Below are positions 26,304 to 40,342 of a stretch of 64,000 bases of DNA, piece by piece. Numbering within the stretch: the stretch's first letter is position 1; each line of letters begins with the position of its first letter. The notes under the pieces are model-generated. The model was given only the letters and a program-made list of their open reading frames with translations, searched no databases and had not been told where the DNA came from. A program made the translations under genes and the position numbers. Source of the stretch: Octopus vulgaris (lineage: Eukaryota); the NCBI GenBank assembly GCA_951406725.2, contig OX597822.1, positions 80,042,001 to 80,106,000 of the forward strand, read 5' to 3'.

Positions 26304-27584
26304 TATATGTTACGTAATGTATACTTACTAATATTTTTATAGAATCAAAAGTTAAAAGGTGAAAGAATTAGAATATCAGAAAATAGTTATGAAGTATGCT
26401 AGAAAGTGTAACTAAAGAGTTTGGGAGTTTATTAGGTTTGGAATTGAAGTAAAATAAAGTAAATACTTAAATCTAGAATAATGAAGAAATATCAAAAATT
26501 AATGAAGAATCATCTTTGAAAAGAGAAGCAACCACGTATAAACAATAGAATTACTCAGGAAGAAAATCTTCGAGGTTTATAGAGAAAGGTGAAAGGTGTA
26601 ACGCTATGTCTAATGGAAGAAAATGATTAATTAAAGAATAGTTAATTATAGAACATCATTAAAATATATTGGTTCAAGGTAAGAATATACAATGTGCGAA
26701 CACTTTCAAAAGTTACTGAGTTGTTGGTAAAATTGTGCCCTAAATAATGAATAAAACTACACTAGAATAATCAAATATTAAAATAATAAACCAGGAGAAT
26801 TATGAAATTATTGACCTTTACAGGTAAGTAAAACTTAAACGTCATATGTTAATGTAAACGGCAATTGTATTAAAATTGAAGTGTTTACTGTTGTTATTGA
26901 TAATAACATTTATATTATTGAGGGTATTATTATTTCAAATATTATCATGATTAATTTTATTTCTAGCATATTTAGTGTTAATTATAATTAATATTGTTGA
27001 ATCTTACAATGTTATTGTTTAATCTTATTATTATTAATGCACGTGTCTATCGAATTAGGCATTGAAATTTGAAGTATTACATAAGGGTGATAAAGTTAGT
27101 GTATCTTAGACAACAATAATTATCCCAATTATATTACGGCGACAATGAGAATTAACAAAAACAATATCCCAACCATGATTAATAGAGACAGAAACAGTAT
27201 TAACACGAAACGGCAATGTTTATCTCCAACTTAACCTAGATGTTGTGTAAGAACATAGAATACTGCGTTATTTAGCGTGAGAGAACCTCTCATATGGATT
27301 TGTGGTGCATAGAAGCACTCGTACTCATATGGTCAGGAGACGGTATAAATATGTCTCGTTTGCCAGCGATACAATTACGAGTGCTTTTATGCATCATGGG
27401 TCCTTATGAGCGATTCTCTTAGCGTAAATAAAACAGTATACTGTGTTCTAAAACGACATTCATGTTAAGCTGTAGATCGAGATTCACTCCAACTATGTTA
27501 GGCCGGTTGTAGTATAAATAATTTGTTGTATCATGCTGTTCAATCCATGTTCTACTATTCATATGCTTCTACAACGTCGGTGTC

Positions 27585-27775
27585 AGATTTTGGCACAAGG
27601 CCAGCAGGTTCGAAGGAGGTGACTCCAGCGTTTAGCTGGTGCATACTCTATCGACTACGAGAAGATGAAAGCCAAAGTCGGTCACGGAGGAATTTGAACT
27701 CAGAACACAAAGTCGGATGAAATGCCGCTAAACATTTTTCCTGGCGTGCTAACGGTTCCGCGAGGTTGCCACCTT
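27585..27775 (-). mobile_element. SINE family A, degenerate
   Basis: gaatttgaactcagaac...aaatgccgctaa...gcgtgctaacg. Confidence 0.7.
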
Positions 27776-28479
27776 ATTAAAAATGGCCGGCAAGCCGCTA
27801 CAGATATGCTTCTACATTGACAATAGAGTGAATAATATAAATAACGCTGATAATGATGAACACGTGGATAATAATGATATTCGGAACAACAATAATAATT
27901 ACAATGAAACCAGTAAAGTCACTGCGCGCGCATGCATGTGTGTGTTGTAGTGTGTTTCGTGTGTGTGTGTGTGTGTGTGAGTGTGGCACTTAGTTGCAGA
28001 CTTGTTAGAACATCGGTTAAAATATCTAAATGCTATTAGTTCTGGCCCTTTGCGTTCATATTTCAAATAATTTCGTGTCAAGGTTGATAGTAAGTGCGGA
28101 ATTTAAAAAGCGTTAAAGTGCAGAGGTGCATTCGTTCCGGATCCTTGCATTCTGGGCACCCAAACAGGTGTGGGATATATTGTCTGGGTCGAACCAGAAA
28201 GTTTATCTCTTGAGAACAAAAATAACGTGCCTCAGGGAACACCAGATTTTTCTTCTCACGACAATTTCATGACAAACATATAGCGATCGCTAAAAGAGGG
28301 AGCAGGAAACAGTCATCAGCTTAATAACGAAAAATATGAATGAATGTAGGTTTGTATGTGAGTGTGTGTGTATGTGTGTGTGTGTGTGTGCGTGCGCGCG
28401 CTGTGATATGATTTAATATAACCTAAAAGGAATATTAACGCAATGCCGATCGAAACATGCATAATATTAACATAAATAA

Positions 28480-28885
28480 GGCGGCGAGCTGGCAGAATCG
28501 TTAGCACGCCGGGCAAAATGCTTAGCGGTATTTCGTCTGCCGTTACGCTCTGAGTTCAAATTCCGGCGAGGTCGACTTTGCCTTTCATCCTTTCGGGGTC
28601 GATTAAATAAGTACCAGTTACGTACTGGTGTCGATGTAATCGACTTAATCTGCTTGTATGTCCTTGTTTGTCCCCTCTGTGTTTAGCCCCTTGTGGGCAG
28701 TAAAGAAATAGGTATTTCGCCTCTCTTTACATTCTCAGTTCAAATTCCGCCGAGGTCGACTTTGCCTTTTATCCTATCGGGATCGATAAATTAAGTACCC
28801 GTTGCGTACTGGGGTCGATCTAATCGACTGGCTTCCTTCCCCACTCCCAAATTTCGGGCCTTGTGCATAGAGCAGAAAAGAATAT
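28480..28885 (+). mobile_element. SINE family A, well-preserved dimer-like copy
   Basis: tRNA-like head ggcggcgagctggcagaatcgttagc...gagttcaaattcc; central gtcgactttgccttt(c/t)atcct(t/a)tcggg..cgat...aagtacc present twice. Confidence 0.9.
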
Positions 28886-29304
28886 TACGATAAATGTTTT
28901 TGTTTCTTTGGACATAATAACCCTTCTTAGAAACACGCGCACGCACACTCGCGACAGATTCAAGATCCTGAGAGTAATCCGCCGAATGCAAAAACTCAAT
29001 AAATTTGAAGTTTGATGATTTTTATGTTAATATTATAATATCGATTACTTTGTAGTGTCATGAGTAGTGGGCAACTTTGGAGTGTTGGCTCGAATATATA
29101 CAGCATCGACAATAACAGCAAAAAGAACAAAAAAAAAGTAATTCTTTTTACAATAGGCACAGTGTCTGGAATTTTTGGGAACTATGTTGGTTGATTACAT
29201 CGACCGCAATATTCAACTGGTAATTATTTCCTTGAACCCGAAGAGATGAAAGGCAAAATGTATGTATGCATGTATACAAGCATATATATATATATATATA
29301 TGCA

Positions 29305-29608
29305 TATCACGTGATCACGTGACCGACCAGACCATCAGATGTTACACATCGCTGGTCACAATGCTTTCGCATTGTTTTAGCTTTTGAATGACACCACCAC
29401 GCTGGCTAAGCGAGCAGGCCAACAGAAGAAAGAGTGGGAGAAAGAGTGGTGAAAGAGTACAACAGGGATCACCCCACCCCTGCCGGAGCGTCGTGGAGCT
29501 TTTAGGTGTTTTCGCTCAATAAACACTCACAACGCCCGGTCTGGGAATCGAAGCCGCGATCCTACGACCGCGAGTCCGCTGCCCTAACCACTGGGCCATT
29601 GCGCTTCT
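29305..29608 (-). mobile_element. SINE family C, near full length
   Basis: Matches the 5913-6107 and 48974-49210 copies. Confidence 0.85.
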
Positions 29609-29624
29609 ACAATATATATATATT

Positions 29625-29706
<82 letters not shown>

Positions 29707-32341
29707 CATGCATTATGTATATATGTATGCATATATATGTATGTATGTGCGTGGGTGTGCGTGAGAGAAAGTTATAATTCTTGAACATTGATGAAGTACA
29801 ATAAATAACAGGTGTCGTTATAATATCAGCGAAAATGCTTTGTGTTATTTAGTTCAGTCCTTTAAATTCCGCGATCAAATTCCACAATGGTGGTCTTTCT
29901 CGTTCCTTCATTTTCATTCTTTTTACTGATCGAAAAACAGAACAACAAAACAACGACTATCAGTAGTATTTGTTTCAGACATTGGACAGCGGCAATGTTG
30001 GAGCACCGACTTATTGTGTTTAGTCGAAGAAATTTAATCCTAAGTCTAGTATTTTAGTGGACTATTTGTCGATCTCCTGAGTTAGAGTAACGTAAATAAA
30101 CGAGCATCGGATGTCAAACGGAGGGAGAAGACTAACACAGACACACACACATACATACACGACGGGCTTCCACAAAGTTTCCATCTACCAAATTCACTCA
30201 AAAAATATCGGTCGGTCTGGGGCTGTATGAGAAGACACTTTCCCAAAGTACCACGAGGTAGGCCTGAACCTGAGACTATGTGGTTTGGAAAACAAGCTTC
30301 TTACCACACAACCATGGTTTCGTATTTTGTTTCATGCAACCAAACTGGTTCACAATTAAATGGGTAGCGTTTCAGTTGAAAACAGTCCTCACAGCTCTTC
30401 TTCACAAAACTATTGTAGCGTGACATAGGGTACACAACAATAATTTAAATGTTCATTGGTAATATATAATTATTTGGCGTTTTGCTAACAATTTCAAGAT
30501 CATGCAGAACGAAGAAATTTCAATGACATACTTGTTCTCAAATTGGTTTAGCAATAAACTGAACAAGTGTTAGGCGTAGAGGTGGATGCATGGTTAAAAA
30601 AGCTCGCTTTGAAACCGCGTAGATTTGGGTTCTGTTCCACTATACAGCTCTTTAATCAAGTGTCTTCTACTGTAACTCCAGGCCAACCCAGCTTTGTGGA
30701 CGTATAAGGCTGTTTACCAGGTCCCCATGGCTTACTACATTTCCTTTGAATGGGTCACCAGCCCATTGCATTGTGTAAGACCAGAAATTTTGTGGGGAAG
30801 GAATAAGTGGATTACTTCAACCCTAATACGATTAGTACTCCATTTTATCGATCCTGAAGGGATGAAAAGCAAGACTTGACTTCGGTTGGTTTTGAACCCA
30901 AAATGTAAAGATCCGGAAGAATTGGCACCATACATTTTGTCCGAAGTACTAACGATTTTGCTAGCTCACCGCCCTCCTCGACATCATTATCCTTGATATA
31001 ATATTTAATATTCAACAAGGCATTTCCTCCCATGATGTTTCAATTCTATGACGGCGAAATAACGGATGTCACCATCACATGTATGAACATGTGACTTCCC
31101 AGTTCAGCTTGTCAGTTTATACTAAGAAAACAATGATTTATAAAGAACGGACAGATTAATTTTTATTCTCGTCGTTTATTAATGTGTTTTTTTTTTAATT
31201 TTTAAATTCTTTTATCTTCAATTCCTATGTCGCTTTAATTTGTGCTTCCTTTCTCGGTTTATTTATTTACCATTTCTGATACTGTGTCTTCTCAATAAAT
31301 CTAACTTCTGTTTTGGAAATGATTTCACTCTTCACCCTGAGACTCTTGAATAATTTTGATTTCGTACTTTTTATTAGAATTATAGGACATGGCGATTCCC
31401 ACGCGAGGTTGATTATAAGAGGCTCCCTGGCCAATTAGTATGGAGAATGTTTACAGCCACTGAAATAAGAGGAACAGAGCAAAAGGTAGTTGTGCACATG
31501 ATGGGAGTGACAGCTGAAAGCACCTCTTGATGATTAGAGAGCCAGAGAGAGGAGTTAAGCTGCTAGCCAGGAGGAGATAATGTGCAGTGATTTAGCCAAC
31601 CCTGCTGATTCATTAACGAAAGGATGTTACCGTTCAGGGATTCTTCGGAATCTTCTGATAACGTCAATCGCTCCTGGTCAAAGTTACATTCACTAAAGGC
31701 GAATGAAGAAGTATTTTCTTTTAGAAGTTATCAACGTCATAAGATTAGCTTTCTTAAACGTTATATACAAGCAGTTCCCTATTTATAAAATACTATTTTC
31801 GCTGGAAAAACGTACTGAATATAATAAAATTATTCAAAGCTAGGTACCAAAATTATATTCGCGATTTTGTTTTAAGATTCTATTTTTCACAGCGACAGTA
31901 ATTAATCTGGGAGCCAGGAAGAGATAATGAGTAGTGATCTGGCCAACGCTGATGGCCCATAAACCGAATAATGTTAGAGTTCAGGGATGAACTCAGTTAG
32001 ACCCGGAATCACTGCAGCGAGTGAGGGAAGATTATTTCACATGAATGAAACACTCTGCTTAATCTACTGAGTACTATATATATTGATTTTTCAGAATACC
32101 TGTTTCTCAAGAAAATGACAGGGACAGAGATTAAAAATGCTAAAATGATAATGTATCGTCCTATGAACGATAAATAGCGGGGTTTAGAACATTTTGAATC
32201 CCGCAGTTCACTGTGCCTCTGTTGGTAGATACCAACACGGATTATCAAACAGTTAGTTCGCTCCGCTTATACAAAAACAATCGACTCTTGTTGGATTCAT
32301 AGGACCGGGGTTGATTTACGAGACGTAACACAACACACATA

Positions 32342-32414
<73 letters not shown>

Positions 32415-32904
32415 CAAATGCATATATATGTTGCATATATATATATAGATATATGCATATATATATTGCACATATGTATATATAGATGTATATATATTGT
32501 TTATATATATATATGTATGTGTATATACATATATATATTGCATATATATACGTATATGTATATATATACATATACATACAAACATATATATATATATACG
32601 CCACCAAAAATGAACAATATTATTGTTAAAGGCGTGAATTGTAATGAAAGTTTGGATGATAACTGACGAGGAACTGGCACGTCCATGTCTTCAGTGTGAA
32701 TTTTCCGTTCGTTAGATTGTAGTACTTTGTTTCATATTCAAAATTGTACCCCCGTAACTTATCCTTTCGACAACAATAAAATAAGTTCAAGGCCTTAAAA
32801 AATCTAGTACTGAAGTTGATTTATTTCACTAAGAAATCTTTTAAAGCGGTTCCACAGTATGATCCTAGGCTAATGAGTGAAACTTGTAGAAGATGGCCGC
32901 CATT

Positions 32905-33550
32905 AAGCATCAACCTGCGCTGGATTGGTCACATTCGAAGAAAAGACTGTGAACGACTACTAAGGAGAATCGTGTATTCTGAAATGGTAACAGAAAAATG
33001 TCATCACGAACGACTGCAATGAAGATTTTAAGAGACCTCCTGAAAGCGAAACCTCATGTTCTGCGGCTCTAACGAAAGGATTTGGGAATGTTGCAATTGA
33101 TAGAGAGAAACGGAGAAAGTTCTGCACCTAAGCTTCGAATTCCTTGTGTGGGATAGAAAGAACAGGGAACATCATAGAGGATACATTAGGCAGAATTGGC
33201 TACCATCGCGGAAACGCCAAACCCCAAAATCCCATACGCTGAAGAATACCAAATGGTTCAAGCAAATTTGGAATTTAGCAGAGCCGATATTAGAAAGCAA
33301 AATAAAAGTAAAAAGCCAAAAGCTCCCCTGGTACAGTCACACAACTTACCACAACTGCTTTCAGGCCACTGTTGATGGAGAGTAAAAGAGAGGCAGACAG
33401 AGAAAACCCTGGTCTGACAACATCAAGAGGAGGTCACAATGTAGCGACCATGCTACGCATGACAGAAAACAGCGACCAGCCACCTCCGCTGAGTGCGAAA
33501 GCGTCTAGGGTGGCACCCCAACGACTGGCAGCACCAGTTATTGGAGCTTG
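32905..33550 (+). mobile_element. Two RTE-type LINE 3' fragments
   Basis: LRWIGHIRRKDCERLLRRIVYSEM and QKLPWYSH...VDGE*KRGRQRKPWSDNIK, both RTE ORF C-terminal motifs. Confidence 0.7.
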
Positions 33551-33714
33551 ATGATTTCACTCTTTCTCACTCCCTCTCTGTACACACTGGCACACACACG
33601 CACGGACGCACACATACATGCATATACACATATACATGCCAGGCGTGCTGAAAGGTTCCTGGCTGTAAGGGTGTCACGAAAGGCTTGGCTGGAGGCCCAG
33701 CATTAGAAGGTTTA

Positions 33715-33794
<80 letters not shown>

Positions 33795-33796
<2 letters not shown>

Positions 33797-34066
33797 GCGC
33801 CCTTTTCAAGCCTAGCCAGGTTGATGGGCCCGGTTTCTATGGCGTATGTGTTACCCCCAGCTTGACAGGACGCCAGTCCATCGCAGCGTTACTCAAGAAA
33901 CAGGAAGAACGAATGAGAGAAAGTTGGGGTGAAAGAGCTTTTGGAGCCCCGTGGAGCTTTAGGTATTTTGGCTCAATAAACATACACAATGCCCGGTCTG
34001 GGAATCGAAACCGCGAACCTCCGACCGCGAGTCCACTGCCCTAACCACTGGGCCATTGCGCCTCCA
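33795..34066 (-). mobile_element. SINE family C head with an alternative 3' module
   Basis: Same head as 5913-6107; the 3' part differs from the 29305 copy. Confidence 0.75.
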
Positions 34067-34083
34067 CACACACACGCAACACA

Positions 34084-34126
<43 letters not shown>

Positions 34127-35054
34127 CAGTTGATACTTAGGTTAAATACGGAATATGGATAAAAAGCCAAAGTGAAAGATTACCATTAATGAAAGATTAT
34201 CGAGTGCTGAACGCAAAGGAAAATATTCATTCTAATTAAAATAGCAAAAAAAAAAAACCCCAAAAAAAACAACTTAGTAATATACTGATGGTTTTAAATA
34301 ACTGTGAAGGAAAATAACAGCAGACATGAGATCAAAGACAGAAGGGAAAATGTCGAGCTACATCTGCTAGAGAAGCTTTAGTAAAATTGAAACTGAAAAA
34401 GAAAGAAATGCCAATATAAATAGACTCTGTAATTTCAGCTGCACTCACTGGTTGCAATTCATGGAAGTTAAACGCTGAAAATGAAAGATAATGGACTTTG
34501 GAATGAAATGTTGCAGAGATAATCATTCGATTTCCGTATACACAAGCATAGAAGTGACTGTAGCTTTGGAAATAATTTTTTGTCAAAACTACTACCTACG
34601 AAACACTTCTGCTAGTTATTAAAAGGTGGAAAATGTAGTTGACTGGTGCTTTAACCCTTTCGGACCGGCTGCTACATATTTGTAGCAGTCAAATATTTTA
34701 CAACCTCAATCTGTGATGCAGTATAATACCGTTCCGGTTTTTCTGGTAAGTATGTAGCACCAGACGTATGATCGGAGTGTATGACACTATAATGACAGCT
34801 CAAAAGGCTCGCATGAATAGAAACCTCGCGCCATTACCGACTTGAGAAAAGAATTCATGAGAAAAAATTCCGGGTTAACTCGATGCCAGCATCTACGAAC
34901 TCCCCTGTGTTAAGTTATAGATTTTGATCGATTGATATTTAGAAGTATAACAAAAAAATATCAGATGTGACTTGATTACGTATATTGATTGACAACCAGG
35001 ATAAAAGCTGACTAATGAAATAATAAACTAGATTTGTATTGAGGTTAAAATTAA

Positions 35055-35490
35055 TTTCAAATTTTGACACAAGGCCACCGATTTCAGAGAAGGTAAGTCA
35101 CATCGACCTCAGTGTTAAGTTGTACTTATTTTATCGACCGGGAAAATGGTGGGAGACAAAACTGACATTGGCCAAATTAGAACTCAGAACGTAAAGCCGA
35201 ACGAAATGCCGCTAAGCATTTTTCCCGGTGTGCTAACGATTCTGGCAGCTCTTCGCCTCTACATTAAGGTTAATATTAACTTCAAATTGTGGTACACGGC
35301 CAGCAATTTCGGGGGAGTAAAATTGATTACATCGACCCCAGTGCATAACTGGTACTTATTTTATCGACCCCGAAAGGATGAAAGGTGAATTCTACCTCGG
35401 CAGTATTAGAACTGCGAACGTGAAGACGGACGAAATGCCGCTAAGCATTTCGTCCGGCGTGCTAAAGATTCTGCCTGCTCATCGCCCTTA
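35055..35490 (-). mobile_element. Two tandem SINE family A copies
   Basis: Each runs from aaattttg/aaattgtggtacac to gaaatgccgctaagcattt...gtgctaa. Confidence 0.8.
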
Positions 35491-35984
35491 AAGATGATAT
35501 TAGCTAATAATCAGAATAGGGCATGTATATGAGTTCATAACTGCGATTAAAGATTAATATTAGTTGAATACATGACAATATGAGTTGATAGCCAGTAGGG
35601 AATTGCATTTCATTTGTTATTGAATGTAGATTAACAAGATTAACGTCGGTTGATAACGAGAAGGAATTACGTGAAAGGTAAAGAAGGGAGAAAAACAGTA
35701 GACGTTACCTTTTCCGTGCCGGAGTCCGAATATGAAGTGTAAATGTATCATATCGGGAACATAGTATTGTTGTCCCACCGATGTGTATGTCCTCACCTCA
35801 ACGGACGGAATAACTGGACAATGTAAAAAAACAAACAAAAAAAAAACAGAAAAAGAAATTTCTAATTATGGTCTCAACGTTCACTTGTATCCGTATTTCA
35901 TCGTAACAATAAAATAAACTAGTACTGTTATATTAACATTAGAAATATTTGTGTTATTTTTAGAATGATCACGATGATGATGAC

Positions 35985-36026
<42 letters not shown>

Positions 36027-36110
36027 AACATGATAAAGTAATAAAAAATTGTTCGTAGCAATTACTATTATTATTAATTTACAAAAAGAAATTGATATAA
36101 TTTTCTTCTT

Positions 36111-36185
<75 letters not shown>

Positions 36186-36623
36186 GGTAGTAATCAGGGT
36201 TGCAAATTATTTCAGCGTTGTTGTTGCTTTTGCAGTAATGGTCACCGTCTTTCATTAGTCCACTAATGGAGGCGGGATGGGGGAGAACAGAGATCTATTT
36301 TAGGAGGGGGGCACCTTACAAAACAATACTGCCAACGTCTGTAAGTGTTCTGCTTTTCTTCTTCGTACCAATCTCTGGATAATTCAAATTGTTTCCATTT
36401 TGCATTAAACACAAACAAGAACCCATTGTGCACAAAGGACCACACACACGCAGACATACACACACCCACCCAACCACACACATAACGCGCGCGCGCATAT
36501 GTATATATATATATATGTTATAATTTAGACCAAATATATAATTAAAACAAGTAAAAGAGTAAAAGAGTAATCCTATATTTATCTAATATCGCGGTTTCAT
36601 TCTTTTGTTACTTTTCATTATCC

Positions 36624-36687
<64 letters not shown>

Positions 36688-36979
36688 TATATATATATAT
36701 AGAAAGAGAGAGACAAATGCAATTTCTATTCAGACCAGGTTTACATGTTCAAGGTGTTATCAAGCAGTTGTAACGCAGTGACATTTGATTAGTATGCATT
36801 CATACATATATATATATACGTGAAGAATGAAAATAAATGATTTAAACATGCAAACAACGAGAGAAAGAGGAAAGTAGATCAAGCAACATAGAGAACCACC
36901 CTTCGTCAGTTGTCGGCTGTCTATCTACCCCTCATTTCGAGCATTCCATGGTACATTAGGTAAAAGAGAAATTGATATG

Positions 36980-37861
36980 TATAAGGAAATTAGGACCAGG
37001 TAGAAAATGCTAAAACAATTTTATCTTGAATGACATTTTAGTACCGGTTTTACCTTTGCGACTTTTTCAGCTTTAAGTAAAGCATGAAAAGCAAAAAAAC
37101 AGTCTGCGCCAAAGGATTAAAATACAGAAAAATAGCATTCAGCGAACACATCGACATTTGTGCCACTAACGAACAAACCAACTTCAGAATTTTTCCCCTC
37201 TATAAATTCAGGGACGGTGCAACCTATAATCAGCGCATAAACAAAGAGTCATATTTTATCGCAAAATATAAATCCCTTTTGAGTGCTTCGACCACAAATG
37301 ACTCTACTACAAGCGCCTAAGAATAATACTATATATTCAGAATAGTCACTATTCATGAATTTATTCAGAACAATTCCAATCGCTATTATTACAAGTCATT
37401 TTTAGATCGCTTGACCATTTAAGAAAATTCTACCGACAGCCTACTATTGTCATACTACTCCCGTCTTTCTTCTTCTTCTTCTTCTTCTTCTTCTTCTTCT
37501 TCTTCTTCTTCTTCTTCTTCTTCTTCTTCTTCTTCTTCTTCTTCTTCTTCTTCCTTGGCTACTGCTGCATAAACAATCCAAATCCAAAACTAACATCCGT
37601 CATATAAAATATTTCTTGAAATCTGCTACTACCTACCTATTGACAAAAGTAAAAGAGAGAAAGAGACAAAAAAAAAAGGAAAAAGTCTCACGCATTTGAA
37701 AACTATAGGAATATTTTAAAAAAAATTTTCTCTTAATTTTTTCACAATTTAATTGTTTTTCATGCTTTACTTTAAGTTGAAAAAGTCGCAAAGTCTGAAA
37801 TCAGTACTAAAATGTTCTTCATGATAAAATCATTTTAGCATTTTCTGCCTTGTCCAATTTT

Positions 37862-37866
<5 letters not shown>
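36980..37866 (+). mobile_element. Severely 5'-truncated PLE: inverted pLTR end, GIY-YIG C-terminus, pLTR
   Basis: ORF 37084-37320 RKIAFSEHIDIC...FRIFPLYKF...RINKESYFIAKYKSLL is homologous to the end of 47184-48011; 36980-37094 is the inverse of ~37752-37866. Confidence 0.85.
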
Positions 37867-37928
<62 letters not shown>

Positions 37929-37931
<3 letters not shown>

Positions 37932-38226
37932 AGAATTCACAAAAAATCCCAAAGACGTAGACAGGTGGTGTAGACAACAAATAGATGTAATTAGTTTAAT
38001 GCTCGGGAAGTGTGTGACCTCGTGAGTACCGCTGGCGATTTTTTTTCCTCTGTCTTCCCTTCTCGGGATCTTTCCTTCTCCTATGTTTCCGACGAAGTGC
38101 TCCGCTCGAAACGTTAAACCCTCCTTCTTCCCTTCTTTCCTGAGCGTCCAATAATACTTTATTTGTTCCACGTCCTCGCGTTGTTGTGTTTTTTTGGTTT
38201 TTTTTTGTGTTTTCTTGTTTGGATTA

Positions 38227-38229
<3 letters not shown>
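37929..38229 (+). mobile_element. Solo pLTR-type unit with an inverted heterologous tail, between (TA)n tracts
   Basis: Hammerhead-like motif at 38085-38119; 37929-38012 is the inverse of a related tail. Confidence 0.6.
38085..38119 (+). ncRNA. Minimal type-I hammerhead-like motif (CCGACGA core variant)
   Basis: gttt-ccgacga-a-gtgc tcc gctc-gaaa-cgtt-aaac; stem I gttt/aaac; one stem II mismatch. Confidence 0.55.
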
Positions 38230-38277
<48 letters not shown>

Positions 38278-38799
38278 GACGAGCTTCTTTCAGTTTTTGT
38301 CTACCAAATCCACACTAACAAGGATTGGGTCTGTCCGAGGCTATATTAGTAGACACCTGCACAAGAAGTCCCGCCGTGGGAACTGAAACTGTAATCATGT
38401 GCCTCCCGAGCCTCCTGACACTACCAACCCGAGCTCCAGCAGTCAAGATAATAGCTTAGGAAAACCAGAGGCCAGCTCAACAAGCGAGCTTGCTAAGAGA
38501 GAAAGAATTTGTAGTTATAGAAATCAGAAGTGTTGCCAATAACAAACAAAATCTTTAGAGATGAATAAAAATGTATGGAATATATTTTAGTGAATTTTTT
38601 CATTTACCTTGGAAACGTGTAGAAAACACTTATTTTCCATCTTTTTTCGACTGGACTCTCACTATTTCCGACTCGCGTTAGTTCGGTAGCCAACAACTCA
38701 TTCTGCATTCTTTACGCCACCAGCTGCTACCCCGGGTTCCTTTACCAGTTCAAATCGTCCACCTTACGGCAAAAATACCACTTTTCTCTTTGACCGACA

Positions 38800-39310
38800 C
38801 ACATCGACTGTCATATGAACTGCTCACATCGACCGCCTCAGATCGACCGCCTTTCATCGATCGCCTCTCATCGATCGTCTCACATGGATCGCCTCACAGC
38901 AACCGCCTCACATCGGTTCCCGGCAACAGACTGCTGCTCGTCACCATCAATATGACAACTGTTCCACACGAATTGCCCACCACCAACACACACATCGACT
39001 GCATGGCACCAACTCCACACATTTACTGCCTCACATTTACCGCCTACCATTCACATCAACCGTTGACGCCAAATTTCTGGCACTCACTTCGAAACAACCG
39101 TCCGACACCAACTCACGCATGTCTACTGTCGCACATCGGTTCCCTGTACAGAGTGCCGTGCAACTATTCACATAAACCACTCACATCAACTGTCGGCGCT
39201 CACTTCGAACCAGCCGTCTGATACTGTTCACACGTCGCCTACTGTTCACATGAACCACTTACACCAACTGACCGGCATCAACTGACGCACGTCAACCGTC
39301 GCACATCGAC
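38800..39310. repeat. Degenerate ~14-bp minisatellite (cacatcgaccgcct)
   Basis: Clear units at 38826-38915; decayed variants extend to ~39310. Confidence 0.7.
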
Positions 39311-39583
39311 TCCCGGCAGAGACTGCCACGTGTTCACCCACACAGTTAGTCCTTGAGCCCAAACCCCAAAATGTCTGTATCAGTACCACATGGGTGAATA
39401 ATTCATATGGTAATTTTTGACTTGCTATATGTCTCTAGTTTCTATTTATATATGATGGCTTTCTCAGAATGGTAGTTTAGTAGTAGTAATCACTTCATAA
39501 ATAAACATACCCCCCATAAGAAACTGTAAAAAAAATTTCACAAATATCTTTTATATTCCAGTTCTATATTTAAGAGATGAGGA

Positions 39584-39867
39584 ATTATTTACATTATTTA
39601 CATTTGACGGGCATATGGCGTAGTGGTTAAGAGCGCGGGCTACTAACCCCAAGATTCCGAGTTCGATTCCAGGCAGCGACGTGAATAATAATAATCATAA
39701 TAATAATAATAATAATAGCATCGAAAAATACCTTAGGAATGAGAACCCAGGTTCGAAATTTCCCCAAGACACCTGATGAAGGCTGGAGGATATATCAGCC
39801 GAAACGTTGTGCTAATAACAAGCAAGATGAGGAGAAATATCCGCCAAATGTAAATAATGTAAATAAT
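39584..39867 (+). mobile_element. tRNA-headed SINE carrying a hammerhead and a 5' inverted copy of its own tail
   Basis: A-box tggcgtagtgg at 39616, B-box gagttcgattcc at 39659, (AAT)n, hammerhead at 39768-39813; tail 39841-39867 is inverted at 39584-39610. Confidence 0.85.
39768..39813 (+). ncRNA. Minimal type-I hammerhead ribozyme motif
   Basis: cac-CTGATGA-a-ggctg(gaggatatat)cagcc-GAAA-cgtt-gtg; palindromic AACGTT stem III. Confidence 0.75.
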
Positions 39868-40097
39868 GGACATATTTTATATTGCAAGGACAAAGAAATG
39901 ATCCACAGATCAGAATTTAATCAATGTGTTTATACTTAATATAAAATTGAATTGCATATTTCATAAGCATGGTATGTCTTGAATATAAAACCATACATGA
40001 CGCATCAAGACTGTTCAGTTTTCTCATGTGCACACAACAAATCTTGCCACTAGGAAAGATTGTATCAATTGTTTTCAAGTTAACAAAGATTTTCTGT

Positions 40098-40258
40098 ATT
40101 ATTTACATTATTTACATTTGACGGATATTTGTCTTCATCTTGTTTGTTGTTAACACAACGTTTCGTCTGATATACCCTCCAGCCTTTAACAGGTACCTTG
40201 AGGAAATTACTTTGGGTTCTCATTCCTCAGGTATTTTTCGATGTTGTTGTTATTATTG

Positions 40259-40342
<84 letters not shown>

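Noticed and set aside
31560-31990. Diverged ~80-bp direct repeats as LTRs
   Set aside because: No TG...CA ends, PBS/PPT or TSD; probably old repeat fragments.
34650-34879. piggyBac-like MITE (ttaaccc...gggttaa)
   Set aside because: Only 7 terminal bases match; too little to support the call.
39609-39680. tRNA gene
   Set aside because: No complete acceptor stem or terminator; it continues into a repeat body shared with a second copy, so it is a SINE head. The same applies to the other A/B-box heads.
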